This document shows positions 37,208 through 44,960 of a stretch of DNA of 55,367 nt, piece by piece. Below the pieces are notes generated by a model. The model was given only the letters and a program-made list of their open reading frames with translations. It had not been told where the DNA came from and searched no databases. Source of the stretch: a virus; the IMG/VR virus record IMGVR_UViG_3300020169_000001. One strand, written 5' to 3'. Position 1 is the stretch's first letter. Every line of letters begins with the position of its first letter. Both the position numbers and the translations under genes were made by a program.

Positions 37208-37844
37208 CCTCCGTTAGTGCATCCCATGACACAGGGAATAGCTCAATCATCTTATGGTCTATCTGGGCAGCTACCTCTCGTGTCTCTGCCTGTGTGTCAC
37301 GCTTGCAGCGTAGGTTACACATATCAGCGAAGGCATCTAAGCTACCTGACCAGTACCACTCAGTCATAGTAGACTGTGGCAGTACCATACGGGCTTGCTC
37401 TGGTGCTACACCATGCTCAAGAAGATCTTTGTAGGCTTTGAGACATGCCCAGTTAGTATCACCCCAGTCACCTACATCAACGACACCATCACTACCTTGC
37501 TTCTTGTCAGCACTGCGCCCTCGCCACACGTCAGGTACATAAAACTCTGGCTCATCATCCACGTAGCGCCTAGAAATCTCGTTCCATCTCAAGAACTTAT
37601 GCTTGACTAGCTGCCGTGCTACAAAGATTGGAGCCTTGACGTGGAAGCTTGCGAAGCAATGTCCGAATGGACTGATGTGCTTGTGCTTGGCTAGGTAGCG
37701 AATGAGCTTATCATCCTTAGCCTTGAGCTTTGGTGGCCCCCAAGGATCGTCTTCCATCTCAGATTTCTTACCAAATGACACTCGTGCAGCGTTAGCTACG
37801 GTCAAGTCACTACCCATGTGGGTAATGTAAGTTGCTTCAATCAT
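37194..37844 (-). CDS. thyX: flavin-dependent thymidylate synthase ThyX (signature RHR replaced by KHK)
   Basis: HISPFGH...[28 protein letters not shown] fits the ThyX motif H-x(n)-RHR-x7-S-x-R-Y, except for two R-to-K changes. Confidence 0.75.
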   Translation of the reverse strand: MIEATYITHMGSDLTVANAARVSFGKKSEMEDDPWGPPKLKAKDDKLIRYLAKHKHISPFGHCFASFHVKAPIFVARQLVKHKFLRWNEISRRYVDDEPEFYVPDVWRGRSADKKQGSDGVVDVGDWGDTNWACLKAYKDLLEHGVAPEQARMVLPQSTMTEWYWSGSLDAFADMCNLRCKRDTQAETREVAAQIDHKMIELFPVSWDALTEDEDD

Positions 37845-38271
37845 GTGCTATCTCCTCATGTTTTTGTAGGTACGCTACGGCATTTCTAATTCTATTGATG
37901 TCATCTTTGAATGCACCCAGTCCTGTATTGCAATGATGACACAGCCAACCTCTATACGTTTCTGTATCGTGGCAGTGATCAAGTACCCAATTCTGTAATC
38001 TCTTCTGTCCCTTCTTTCCTATCTGATCAATGCTGCGATCACATATGGGACAAGTGTAACTGTCGTCAGGATACGGGTGCAACTTCTTTAAATATTTAAC
38101 CAGATTGGATTGCTCCCTAGCACAAGTGCGGCACTTTCTTTTTATCTCACCTGATACCATGTGCTGAAATTTCTCAACAGGTTGTACTACACCACAGTTA
38201 TTACACTCAAGTCCATCTTCGTAATGCTCTACAACCTTTTCAAACAGTTCTAGTTGGTTCTCACTAATCAT
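37837..38271 (-). CDS. endonuclease VII-family (HNH-type) nuclease
   Basis: CPICDR...WVLDHCHDTETYRGWLCHHCNTGLGAFKDD....NAVAYL is the Endonuclease_7 signature. Confidence 0.75.
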   Translation of the reverse strand: MISENQLELFEKVVEHYEDGLECNNCGVVQPVEKFQHMVSGEIKRKCRTCAREQSNLVKYLKKLHPYPDDSYTCPICDRSIDQIGKKGQKRLQNWVLDHCHDTETYRGWLCHHCNTGLGAFKDDINRIRNAVAYLQKHEEIAHD

Positions 38272-38408
38272 TAAAATGGAACCTCACCGTACTTGTTTCG
38301 TGGATCTACATAATATCCTGGCTGCATATAGTCAGGCTTCTCTGCGCTTGGCTTAGGGTGGACACTCTCTAGGCCCATCTCTTTAAGGAAATCTTTAAGA
38401 TCGTTCAT
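38271..38408 (-). CDS. 45-aa hypothetical protein (below the ORF-track cutoff)
   Basis: ATGA overlap with the primase stop and TAATG overlap with the next start. Confidence 0.4.
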   Translation of the reverse strand: MNDLKDFLKEMGLESVHPKPSAEKPDYMQPGYYVDPRNKYGEVPF

Positions 38409-39190
38409 GATAGTAATTCCTTTAATCGTTCTAGGTCATCAGTTAGCCTATATTTGATGTCATCGTCAAGTCTAAAGGCTAAACAATTTGCATTGGTCCA
38501 TAGTGCTATCTCTCTACTAAACTGCAAAGTCTTGTGTGCAGCATCAGGATCTAGTGCTACAATAACATTGTCATACTGGCTTATTTTATCCATGTGTGCA
38601 GACGTAAGGGCTGTGCCTAGGATAGCCATGGCTGTCACGTTAGGAAACTCCTGATAAGCAACCATAGCTGACACACAATCCTCTAATACTAGAAGTGTTG
38701 AACCCGTCCCTACAGTGTAGTAGTCTGCCTTACCTGTATAGCGATACCACTTAGGCAGCTTATCGCCCACTGCACGTCCATTAGCATCAATGATGCGCCC
38801 TTTGTAGTGTATCGGGAATACAACACGTTCATCCTTAACATCATAGAGTAGGCGTCTATCTACGATACCCCAGCGTTTAGTGAACCTGTGAAACTTATCA
38901 TGCTCTGCTGTAGGCTGTACCACATATTCAGGTATCTCCATAGTCTCAGGCTCCATCTGCATAGGCTTCTCTTGTTTAGCCATGAGGATTTTTATCTCTG
39001 CTGCTGTAAGGTCAGTGTGATGATACCCGCCAATGCTACAGTTTAGCTTATAGCAGTTGTACTTGATTAGCCCCATCTCTTTGGTGACAGTAAATGTGTT
39101 CCTGCTATGGCAGGATGGGCAGTTCATACGTCTGCTCTCATCCTCTTTTAAGTCGAGGCTGTCTAAGTATTTACGAATGTTCATCGTCAT
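38405..39190 (-). CDS. DNA primase (zinc finger plus TOPRIM)
   Basis: CPSCHSRNTF...YNCYKLNC zinc motif, then LVLEDCVSAM ... VALDPDAA, which are TOPRIM-like acidic motifs. Confidence 0.7.
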   Translation of the reverse strand: MTMNIRKYLDSLDLKEDESRRMNCPSCHSRNTFTVTKEMGLIKYNCYKLNCSIGGYHHTDLTAAEIKILMAKQEKPMQMEPETMEIPEYVVQPTAEHDKFHRFTKRWGIVDRRLLYDVKDERVVFPIHYKGRIIDANGRAVGDKLPKWYRYTGKADYYTVGTGSTLLVLEDCVSAMVAYQEFPNVTAMAILGTALTSAHMDKISQYDNVIVALDPDAAHKTLQFSREIALWTNANCLAFRLDDDIKYRLTDDLERLKELLS

Positions 39191-40088
39191 CTTTACCTCT
39201 CGCTGCTAGTGCCTTGGATGCACCACTGAATGTGTTGACCATGTAAGGCTTTACTGATCCAACTTCCTTGTGTCCTGTTACCTGCATGATACCTGCTAAG
39301 TCTGCGCCACCCTCCATCATCTCTGTGACAGCGGTACGCCGTAAGTCCATAGCTGTGAGTGTCATAGGTAGATTAGCTTCCTTGAGTACCTCATTGATAA
39401 TGATACCTATTTCTACTTTATCGTAGGGTGAGTACGCCCCCGCCCTTGGCTTTACACGAGGCGCAACGTAGTCCTGGAACCCAAAGTCTTTCTTTTGCTG
39501 TCGCAGCATATCACACAAACCCTTAGAGATAGGAAGGTGTATCTCTGCGTTGCGCTTGCTCTGTGTTAAGTCCATGCGGCACTGAGTTAAGTCTAGCTTG
39601 TCCCACTGGAGAACACGCATATCACCAACACGCTGCCCCCAATCGTAAGCCATGTGAACAATCAGCCCAATGCTGCGCCAGCGGAAGTCACCATAAGCTG
39701 TGGAAAGGAATGTCTGTACTTGATCTCTGCTCCATAGTACACGCCGTGGTTGACCAGACTTGGTTTCTAATAGAGCCACTGGATCGTGCGTCATTACGTC
39801 ATGTCTCATTGAATGTTTCCATGCTACAGACAGAACAGACTTACGATAGTTAGCAGTGCGAACACCAACGGATAGCCAGCTTTCATAAGCCTGAGTAAGG
39901 TGACGTACCTTGATACTCTTATGGCGATACGCCCCAAGGCGCTTGCCCTCCACTACTGTGCTACACACCGCAGCCAGTTGAGTATCGTAGTCCTTCTGTG
40001 TCGTAGCTGCCAACCTAGCAAACGCAGGTGACTTGGCATAGAAGTCTACGATCTCTTGTAGTGTGGCTGATGCCTTGGGGATATTCAT
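39171..40088 (-). CDS. int: tyrosine recombinase / integrase
   Basis: RVGDMRVLQWDKLD (Arg I), DLRRTAVTEMMEGGADLAGIMQVTGHK (box II), and ...VKPYMV (catalytic Tyr). An AGGAGAG RBS precedes the start. Confidence 0.8.
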   Translation of the reverse strand: MNIPKASATLQEIVDFYAKSPAFARLAATTQKDYDTQLAAVCSTVVEGKRLGAYRHKSIKVRHLTQAYESWLSVGVRTANYRKSVLSVAWKHSMRHDVMTHDPVALLETKSGQPRRVLWSRDQVQTFLSTAYGDFRWRSIGLIVHMAYDWGQRVGDMRVLQWDKLDLTQCRMDLTQSKRNAEIHLPISKGLCDMLRQQKKDFGFQDYVAPRVKPRAGAYSPYDKVEIGIIINEVLKEANLPMTLTAMDLRRTAVTEMMEGGADLAGIMQVTGHKEVGSVKPYMVNTFSGASKALAARGKDDDEHS

Positions 40089-40187
40089 TTCTCTCTCCTG
40101 TAGTTTAAGGGTTTATATAGACGTAGCCTAGGTAAAGAAAGGGTGCTAGGACGTACAAGCCTACTAGTGATCTTAGTATCTCTCCTA

Positions 40188-40376
40188 TCATGATCTATAG
40201 CTTTTCAGAACAGTATTCTTAACGCTCTTCATGGTTATACGATGCACCTTGTTGTCCTCAAATAGTTTAGCTCGTAGACGATGGGCATCGTATGGTGTGA
40301 ACACTGTAGATACAAACTCCTCATGCTGATTGACGTATGTGTTCTTGTAAACCTTGATTGCTTTACTGGCTATCAT
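40188..40376 (-). CDS. hypothetical small protein (excisionase position)
   Basis: 62-aa ORF immediately upstream of int, with an ATGA junction to the preceding gene. Confidence 0.35.
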   Translation of the reverse strand: MIASKAIKVYKNTYVNQHEEFVSTVFTPYDAHRLRAKLFEDNKVHRITMKSVKNTVLKSYRS

Positions 40377-40591
40377 TACGCTGTCTCCTCAATAAGCACA
40401 TAGCGTGTGTACTGCTGACCTGTCACAGGGTGCTTACCCTTAACGCCATCAATGCGGTAGCCTGACTTGCGTAGCTCAGAGATACGCTTAGTGAATGACT
40501 GGATGCTGTAGTCCAGCATAGCCTCACGCTGGGTCAGACCCTTGGTTGCACGAAGGTGTGTGATGATCTTAGAGTTTTGTGTGTTAGTCAT
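40376..40591 (-). CDS. winged-helix/HTH DNA-binding protein
   Basis: GLTQREAMLDYSIQSFTKRISELRKSGYRI...YTRYVL pattern, with an AAGGAGAG RBS. Confidence 0.55.
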   Translation of the reverse strand: MTNTQNSKIITHLRATKGLTQREAMLDYSIQSFTKRISELRKSGYRIDGVKGKHPVTGQQYTRYVLIEETA

Positions 40592-40617
40592 GTCTCTCTC
40601 CTTTGTTAGACATTTAT

Positions 40618-40646
40618 AGATTAGTAATTGTATTCGGCTGCGTCAA
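40618..40646 (-). promoter_or_regulatory. sigma70-like promoter on the minus strand (TTGACG-N17-TAATCT)
   Basis: Reverse complement of 40641-40646 and 40618-40623. This is the only sizeable intergenic gap inside the minus arm, and a strong RBS follows it. Confidence 0.5.
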
Positions 40647-40664
40647 TGTTACCATTATGTCACG

Positions 40665-40916
40665 TTACATTTCAGCAACACCTAGGACGCCAGTGTTCTC
40701 CCACTCAGCGAATAGCCCCTGCTTTTCCAGGATAGCATTGATCTTGTGGTTGACACCAAAGTCATCCAAGACAGTGCCACCAAACTCACAGTAGTAGTCA
40801 GCCCACACCTCTGGGTAGTTGTCCTCACCTGAGATGCGGAAGCCATCGTCATCCTCATAGACTGTGACGCCTAGTTTCTTGAGTTGATCATATGCGGTAC
40901 GATAGTTCTTCTTCAT
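40665..40916 (-). CDS. hypothetical protein (83 aa, YPEVWADYY motif)
   Basis: The start is set at internal ATG 40916, which forms an ATGA junction with the upstream mini-ORF. Confidence 0.45.
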   Translation of the reverse strand: MKKNYRTAYDQLKKLGVTVYEDDDGFRISGEDNYPEVWADYYCEFGGTVLDDFGVNHKINAILEKQGLFAEWENTGVLGVAEM

Positions 40917-41056
40917 TCTGTTACCCTTATCTCTGTTTTGATACCTTCCATGCGGCTGTAAGTAGCAGCCAGTCTGTCTGCCTCCCTCATGTCTGTCACT
41001 GTGTGATAGCACAAGGGTTTGTGCGTTATCTTGCTGGTGATTATGATGCGGATCAT
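40913..41056 (-). CDS. 47-aa mini-ORF
   Basis: MIRIIITSKITHKPLCYH..., with ATGA junctions at both ends. Confidence 0.35.
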   Translation of the reverse strand: MIRIIITSKITHKPLCYHTVTDMREADRLAATYSRMEGIKTEIRVTE

Positions 41057-41211
41057 GTCTCTATTTCCTCTACATAGTTTATGTTGTAGTCTGCGCAGTC
41101 TAATGTGTCATGCACTGATAGTTCACGCACTATTTGTTCTGCCTGTTCTTCATTATCAGCCTCAACCTCAAACGAGTTGTATATGGTAATACTTACATGG
41201 TACTTAGTCAT
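41053..41211 (-). CDS. 52-aa acidic mini-protein
   Basis: MTKYHVSITIYNSFEVEADNEEQAEQIV..., coupled as TAATG upstream and ATGA downstream. Confidence 0.4.
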   Translation of the reverse strand: MTKYHVSITIYNSFEVEADNEEQAEQIVRELSVHDTLDCADYNINYVEEIET

Positions 41212-41381
41212 TACGACAACTCCTCTATCACTAAGTTATACACTGTGCAACGATCCAGATAGTATTGCATGACATCTATGTCAGTGTAGTCTGGTGCATC
41301 CATGCCGGACATGTCAATGTCATTGTCAATCATTTCCTTCAGCATGAATAGCTGGCTTGATGTTAGTTCTAGCGTATACAT
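41211..41381 (-). CDS. 56-aa acidic mini-protein
   Basis: MYTLELTSSQLFMLKEMIDNDIDMSGMDAPDYTDIDV..., tightly packed. Confidence 0.4.
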   Translation of the reverse strand: MYTLELTSSQLFMLKEMIDNDIDMSGMDAPDYTDIDVMQYYLDRCTVYNLVIEELS

Positions 41382-41384
41382 TGT

Positions 41385-41579
41385 TCAGTCCTCCAGTATT
41401 TCATCTAAATTTAGTTCAGTATCTAGCGTGTGCTTGTTGCACATCTCATCAAACACAGAAGCGGGATTTTCTTCAAAGATGTGCTCATATATGTCCTCAT
41501 CCTTTACATGGTCAGGCACTTCATACTCTGGATACCAAGTGTCTGTGCGTGTAAGTTTTAGTTTGATTGTCCTAGGCAT
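41385..41579 (-). CDS. 64-aa strongly acidic protein
   Basis: The start is at the TAATG junction with the methyltransferase stop. By my count it has about 18 D/E against about 6 K/R. Confidence 0.45.
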   Translation of the reverse strand: MPRTIKLKLTRTDTWYPEYEVPDHVKDEDIYEHIFEENPASVFDEMCNKHTLDTELNLDEILED

Positions 41580-42520
41580 TACGCCATTCCTTTCATGATG
41601 TGTTTGATTACTTCTACTGTCCATCCATTGCCCAGCATACGATACCGCTGCGTGTTACTAACGTGTGCAGTGTAGCCCTCTGGCACAGTCTGTAAGCGTT
41701 CACACTCTAAGGGTGTTAGCTTGCGCCATGCGTCAGGGTCAACGTATGTCTTAGGCTCAAGGTTGCCACCGCTACTAGCGCACAGGCTTGGCCCTTTACC
41801 CGCAGGGTGATACACTCGTTTGTTGTAGCCATGTCCCTTGAGATCAGCATCACCAACATGGCACATACCATCTGTGCTAAAGACTAACTGTCTGCGGTGC
41901 TTCTCAAAGTATGACTTGAGGTTTCCGCCCTTGAAATAGTTGGCGTCAATACAGTGTAACTTGTCCCTGTCTGTGCAACCATCCTCTAAGATGTCAGACA
42001 ATACAATACCACGATCCTCTGGGATGCCATCCATAGGGATGTTAGTCCAGTATAGGCGGTGTCTGTTCTGTGCTGACACTAGGTTGCTGTTGATTGCCAC
42101 AGGCTCAACGCCCAGCATCTCAGTGATAACTTCCATGCTCTCCTTCTTCATCCTGACATTCTCCAGCAGGAAATACTTGGGCTTGAGAGCCTTGAGAAGT
42201 CTGACATACTCAAAGAATAACTTACTGCGTGGGTCATCAAAGTTGAGTTGCTTACCTGCAAAGCTGAAGCCTTGGCATGGTGAGCCGCCGATCAGTAAGT
42301 CAATTTTGTGTCCACAGTCAAAGTCATCCATCAGGTGATCGCCAGAGGTCTGTACGTTACGCACATCGCCAAGGTGTATCATGTCAGGGTAGTTGGCTTG
42401 AGCCACCTTGATTGCATACTTGTCAATCTCCGCAGCGAAATAGTTTTCTACCTTGATGCCCAGCTGGTCAAGTGCAATCTGACCACAGGACATACCATCA
42501 AATAAGCTTAGAACATTCAT
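41579..42520 (-). CDS. DNA (cytosine-5) methyltransferase, orphan
   Basis: Motif I at LSLFDGMSCG, motif IV at GGSPCQGFS, motif VI at ENV, motif X at RMLGNGWTV. No adjacent restriction endonuclease is visible. Confidence 0.9.
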   Translation of the reverse strand: MNVLSLFDGMSCGQIALDQLGIKVENYFAAEIDKYAIKVAQANYPDMIHLGDVRNVQTSGDHLMDDFDCGHKIDLLIGGSPCQGFSFAGKQLNFDDPRSKLFFEYVRLLKALKPKYFLLENVRMKKESMEVITEMLGVEPVAINSNLVSAQNRHRLYWTNIPMDGIPEDRGIVLSDILEDGCTDRDKLHCIDANYFKGGNLKSYFEKHRRQLVFSTDGMCHVGDADLKGHGYNKRVYHPAGKGPSLCASSGGNLEPKTYVDPDAWRKLTPLECERLQTVPEGYTAHVSNTQRYRMLGNGWTVEVIKHIMKGMA

Positions 42521-42521
42521 C

Positions 42522-42692
42522 TCAATATCCTCTCTCTCTTTGCAATGCTGTCGCCTGTTCATCAGTAACGTCCAGCAATATGTTCTTTACCTCCTGCTCA
42601 GTCAGGTGGAAGTGTCTTGCTACCTGTGCGAGTGTCTTGTTGGTTGTGTCAAACATATCGCACACTTCTTGGTCTAGTGTCCCAATGGTCAT
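42522..42692 (-). CDS. 56-aa HTH protein directly upstream of the methyltransferase
   Basis: MTIGTLDQEVCDMFDTTNKTLAQVARHFHLTEQEVKNILLDV.... It has an ATGA junction upstream, and its stop lies 1 nt before the MTase ATG. Confidence 0.5.
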   Translation of the reverse strand: MTIGTLDQEVCDMFDTTNKTLAQVARHFHLTEQEVKNILLDVTDEQATALQRERGY

Positions 42693-43012
42693 GATGTCAC
42701 CTTCTTTGTTAGATAGATTATGAGCTTGTCCACATTGTCAAACTCCTCATGAAATGTCATCATACCCTCTGCGTCATAGCAGTTGTATGATAGTAAGCTC
42801 CACTCTGGATCTTCCCGCATGGCAGGGTCTACATAGTCCACGAATACCTGACAATAATTGCCATGCCGTTCCTCTTTGAGCAGTGACGGGCAAGTGTCAT
42901 TCTTCCACGAGCTATGCTCCCAGCCATGCGGTGACAATGCGTGAAAGAGTTTATTCAGGGTGTCATAGTTGTCATAATCTGCGTGTGGTACGTCTGCGAT
43001 AGCGTAGATCAT
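42689..43012 (-). CDS. hypothetical protein
   Basis: 107-aa ORF. Confidence 0.4.
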   Translation of the reverse strand: MIYAIADVPHADYDNYDTLNKLFHALSPHGWEHSSWKNDTCPSLLKEERHGNYCQVFVDYVDPAMREDPEWSLLSYNCYDAEGMMTFHEEFDNVDKLIIYLTKKVTS

Positions 43013-43015
43013 TGT

Positions 43016-43231
43016 TTAAACCTCCATCAGTCCATCTGTCTTGTGAAAATATATGTGATGACGCATTCCGCCTTCGTTCCTGCGCTTTGCTGTACTGCCA
43101 ATTTTGATATCCAGCTGGCCTTCTTCTGCTTCTACCCAAATAGTAATCCTGTCGGGGTAGTCAAGCTTGAATTTAGCTAAAGCCCGTGCCGCTACGTCCA
43201 GCGTGGTTGTGTCTATGTCTAGTCGTGCCAT
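43016..43231 (-). CDS. hypothetical protein (71 aa)
   Basis: The start is set at ATG 43231, which follows AAGAGGA. Confidence 0.4.
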   Translation of the reverse strand: MARLDIDTTTLDVAARALAKFKLDYPDRITIWVEAEEGQLDIKIGSTAKRRNEGGMRHHIYFHKTDGLMEV

Positions 43232-43232
43232 G

Positions 43233-43334
43233 TCATTTATCCTCTTTGTTGTTGTCCAGTGGGAAATACATAAACGCAGCCCCAGCGATTGATAAGCCCA
43301 AACATAGGGCAAAGATTAAAAGTGTTGCCATCAT
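43233..43334 (-). CDS. possible 33-aa single-TM peptide
   Basis: MMATLLIFALCLGLSIAGAAFMYFPLDNNKEDK. It fills the gap between two genes. Confidence 0.3.
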   Translation of the reverse strand: MMATLLIFALCLGLSIAGAAFMYFPLDNNKEDK

Positions 43335-43345
43335 GTTACACCGCC

Positions 43346-43936
43346 TTATATGTTGTGGATGCGTTTCCATGTTGTCCATGTGATAGCTTGCAATTCATGC
43401 GGCTTAACTTTCACACGCTTGGCAGCTGTTACATAGGCGGCTTGCAATTCACGATACTGTTTCTTGCCCATGTTTGTTTTGTCAGATGTAAGGCCTTCAC
43501 GCTTGCCCCTTGCAATATTCAATGCGTGCCCATCAATAGTTACTTCATCAAGCCCACGAATATTAGAGTAGAAAGAGCGGATCTTCTGCCCATTGAGGCG
43601 GGAAAGAATGTCTTCATCTGTTGTCAGGTCATCCTCTAAGATAGACCACGCCTTCTGCTTCATCGTGTTATAGCAGGACACTTTGAAGTCATCTGTTGTG
43701 TCGCCACTGATCCACGCTTGGCACATAGTTAGAGCGTCCTTGCAATTCCGTTCCCATCTGTTGTTAGGCGATAGTGCCGCCATAACGCCGATCACTGTTG
43801 TCTCTGGAATGTTAGTCTCTTTTGCAATCCATGCCGCCATGCGCTTTGCTCTATCGTACCATTCAACGCCATCCGATACGTCTGACACTGTGGCAATGCG
43901 GTATGTCTTAAGGATATTTCTCACATAATTTGTCAT
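43346..43936 (-). CDS. first leftward gene: conserved phage protein of unknown function
   Basis: 196 aa. The W....A......T.....V.GVMAALSPNNRWERN pattern is one I recall from a DUF family widespread in phages. Confidence 0.4.
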   Translation of the reverse strand: MTNYVRNILKTYRIATVSDVSDGVEWYDRAKRMAAWIAKETNIPETTVIGVMAALSPNNRWERNCKDALTMCQAWISGDTTDDFKVSCYNTMKQKAWSILEDDLTTDEDILSRLNGQKIRSFYSNIRGLDEVTIDGHALNIARGKREGLTSDKTNMGKKQYRELQAAYVTAAKRVKVKPHELQAITWTTWKRIHNI

Positions 43937-44107
43937 TGTCTTACTCTTTCTGTTTTGTGTTACTTTCTACAATCAATAGGACATACTTCAAAAGAGATGT
44001 ACAATAAAAAATACAATTCCTGGTCAGAAACTTTAAAGCGTGACATTTGAGCAACATTAAAGATCCAGGTTTTTATCGTGCTATATAGTAGTGCAGAAGA
44101 GACGTAG

Positions 44108-44165
44108 CATATAAGCGATTACTTATATAAGAGCCAGGACATATAAGAGCTTACTTATATAAGAG
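44108..44165. promoter_or_regulatory. two 26-bp direct repeats, each containing the palindrome CTTATATAAG
   Basis: CATATAAGCGATTACTTATATAAGAG (44108-44133) and CATATAAGAGCTTACTTATATAAGAG (44140-44165). Confidence 0.8.
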
Positions 44166-44179
44166 ATGCAGCATATAAA

Positions 44180-44263
44180 TGTGATCACAAAAAAGAGGGG
44201 TATGGTATTTGTGATCACATATTGTTGGGGTAGGGTATTTCATACACGGCTTTTGTGATCACA
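44180..44263. promoter_or_regulatory. three copies of the perfect 10-bp palindrome TGTGATCACA (operator candidates)
   Basis: Copies at 44180-44189, 44210-44219 and 44254-44263. The GGGGTA(T/G)GGTATTT direct repeat (44197-44210 and 44227-44240) ends at the first base of the second copy and 14 bp upstream of the third. Confidence 0.8.
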
Positions 44264-44406
44264 AACACAAATGAAAAAACGCCCTATAATTTCACGCTAT
44301 ATTGAGCCGAATGATGATGTAACAGTATAGAATTACCTATAAAACAACAGCTTAAACAGATAAATCACCTAGTTTTGCGTGATAGTAGCACAAAACATAG
44401 CAAAAG

Positions 44407-44436
44407 GGGGGGTGTGCGTGGGCCATGGGGGGTGTG
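44407..44436. repeat. G-rich direct repeat GGGGGGTGTG x2
   Basis: Copies at 44407-44416 and 44427-44436, followed by a TA/CA-rich tract. Confidence 0.7.
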
Positions 44437-44589
44437 GCGGTACGTATATATACACTAATACACACACGGGGTTTTTAGCTTTGCCCTAGTTTTGCCTTAT
44501 TTAGTCGTATACATGGTGCATATATATCACACTTTACTATAAAGTTGTAACATTTAGTAACTTCTTTACAAGTATGTGCATTTTAGGGG

Positions 44590-44617
44590 TTGACCAGGGT
44601 GTTTCTATGGGTATAAC
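44590..44617 (+). promoter_or_regulatory. sigma70-like rightward promoter (TTGACC-N16-TATAAC)
   Basis: TTGACC at 44590-44595 and TATAAC at 44612-44617. Confidence 0.55.
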
Positions 44618-44635
44618 TGCGGAGCAGGAGCACAC

Positions 44636-44696
44636 AGAGTAATACTCTTAGAGTTAAAACTAAAGTAAAGTAATAAATAAAGAAGAGTATTACTCT
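44636..44696. promoter_or_regulatory. 13-bp inverted repeat AGAGTAATACTCT / AGAGTATTACTCT (each itself palindromic)
   Basis: Copies at 44636-44648 and 44684-44696. A partial third copy lies at 44878-44890. Confidence 0.75.
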
Positions 44697-44748
44697 ATAA
44701 GAGAGTGTTACAAAAAGGATAGTGGACATAGGTAAGTTATAACTCTCT

Positions 44749-44775
44749 AAGTTTTAACTAAGAAAGTTTTAACTA
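44749..44775. promoter_or_regulatory. direct repeat AAGTTTTAACTA x2, with an inverted copy at 44652-44662
   Basis: Copies at 44749-44760 and 44764-44775, immediately upstream of TTGACA at 44781. Confidence 0.7.
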
Positions 44776-44848
44776 TAGGGTTGACAGTATTATTAGTTAT
44801 AATGTACACTATATACAAGTAACACATATAAACTTGTATAAACAATAA

Positions 44849-44876
44849 GTGTTACACTACTGGTACGTGTTACACT
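44849..44876. promoter_or_regulatory. iteron GTGTTACACT x2, with related copies at 44705-44712 and inverted at 44818-44825
   Basis: Read directly from the sequence. Confidence 0.7.
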
Positions 44877-44960
44877 CTAAGTAATACTCTCTCCTCCCTC
44901 ACTCTCCTCATACTTAGTTTGCGGCACGTACCACTTTCTCCCCTTTGTATAATAAAAGTA

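Noticed and set aside
40089-40187. Imperfect hairpin around CCTAGG upstream of int as attP core
   Set aside because: There is no tRNA-like or repeated core sequence I can tie to it from the window alone, so it is recorded only as a place to look.
43999-44027. Possible leftward early promoter CTGACC-N15/16-TATTGT on the minus strand
   Set aside because: Both boxes are weak and the spacing is suboptimal. I could not identify a convincing leftward early promoter by eye.
44180-44263. TGTGA...TCACA half-sites as CRP/cAMP receptor binding sites
   Set aside because: The CRP consensus needs a 6-bp spacer between the half-sites, and here they abut (TGTGATCACA). A phage-specific operator is more likely.
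44781-44803. Perfect TTGACA and TATAAT boxes
   Set aside because: The spacer is only 11 nt, too short for sigma70. TTGACA might instead pair with TACACT (44805-44810, 18-nt spacer), but that is weak, so I did not call a promoter.
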